A stretch of 23,944 nucleotides of DNA. It comes from Candidatus Xenobia bacterium (GTDB lineage: Bacteria > Vulcanimicrobiota > Xenobia > Xenobiales > QWHO01). Shown piece after piece: positions 23,943 to 23,944 of this stretch (its first letter is position 1; each line of letters starts with the position of its first letter). The translations under genes and the position numbers were made by a program. The notes under the pieces are model-generated. The model was not told the origin of the DNA. It ran no database searches and saw only the letters and a list, made by a program, of their open reading frames with translations. Where the stretch lies: contig BTUM01000107.1 of assembly GCA_045863235.1 (NCBI GenBank), positions 1 through 23,944 on the forward strand. The letters are read 5' to 3'.

Positions 23943-23944
23943 CA

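Overview
High-GC bacterial DNA with about 20 protein-coding genes. No rRNA, tRNA, CRISPR array or transposase was seen. The protein families suggest a Candidatus Eremiobacterota (Vulcanimicrobiota)-like organism, but that is inference only. Left to right: a HEAT-repeat gene coupled to a long Ser-rich gene with a 16-aa tandem repeat (missed by the ORF track, runs off the left edge); a Gly-rich lytic transglycosylase and a small acidic partner; an operon of a DUF3352-like exported protein (with a pilin-like insert), a GNAT-like protein and a HAD hydrolase; a class C beta-lactamase-family serine hydrolase; a small exported Ig-like protein; two apparently degenerate GHKL-ATPase derivatives; an orphan chimera of flagellar/T3SS parts (FliG-N-like and FliF-C-like repeats around a truncated FlhA/SctV cytoplasmic domain); a DHH phosphoesterase divergent from a persulfide-detoxification operon (ArsR, rhodanese-YgaP, TauE, MBL-rhodanese); and a long coiled-coil protein with a 63-bp tandem repeat and probably a CTG start. 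The best novelty candidates are the FliG/FliF/FlhA chimera (with possible type III-exported neighbours), a recurring sigma-H-like promoter motif just before SD-less start codons, and a shared palindromic element in convergent intergenic regions. All family calls come from motif recognition by eye; no database search was run.
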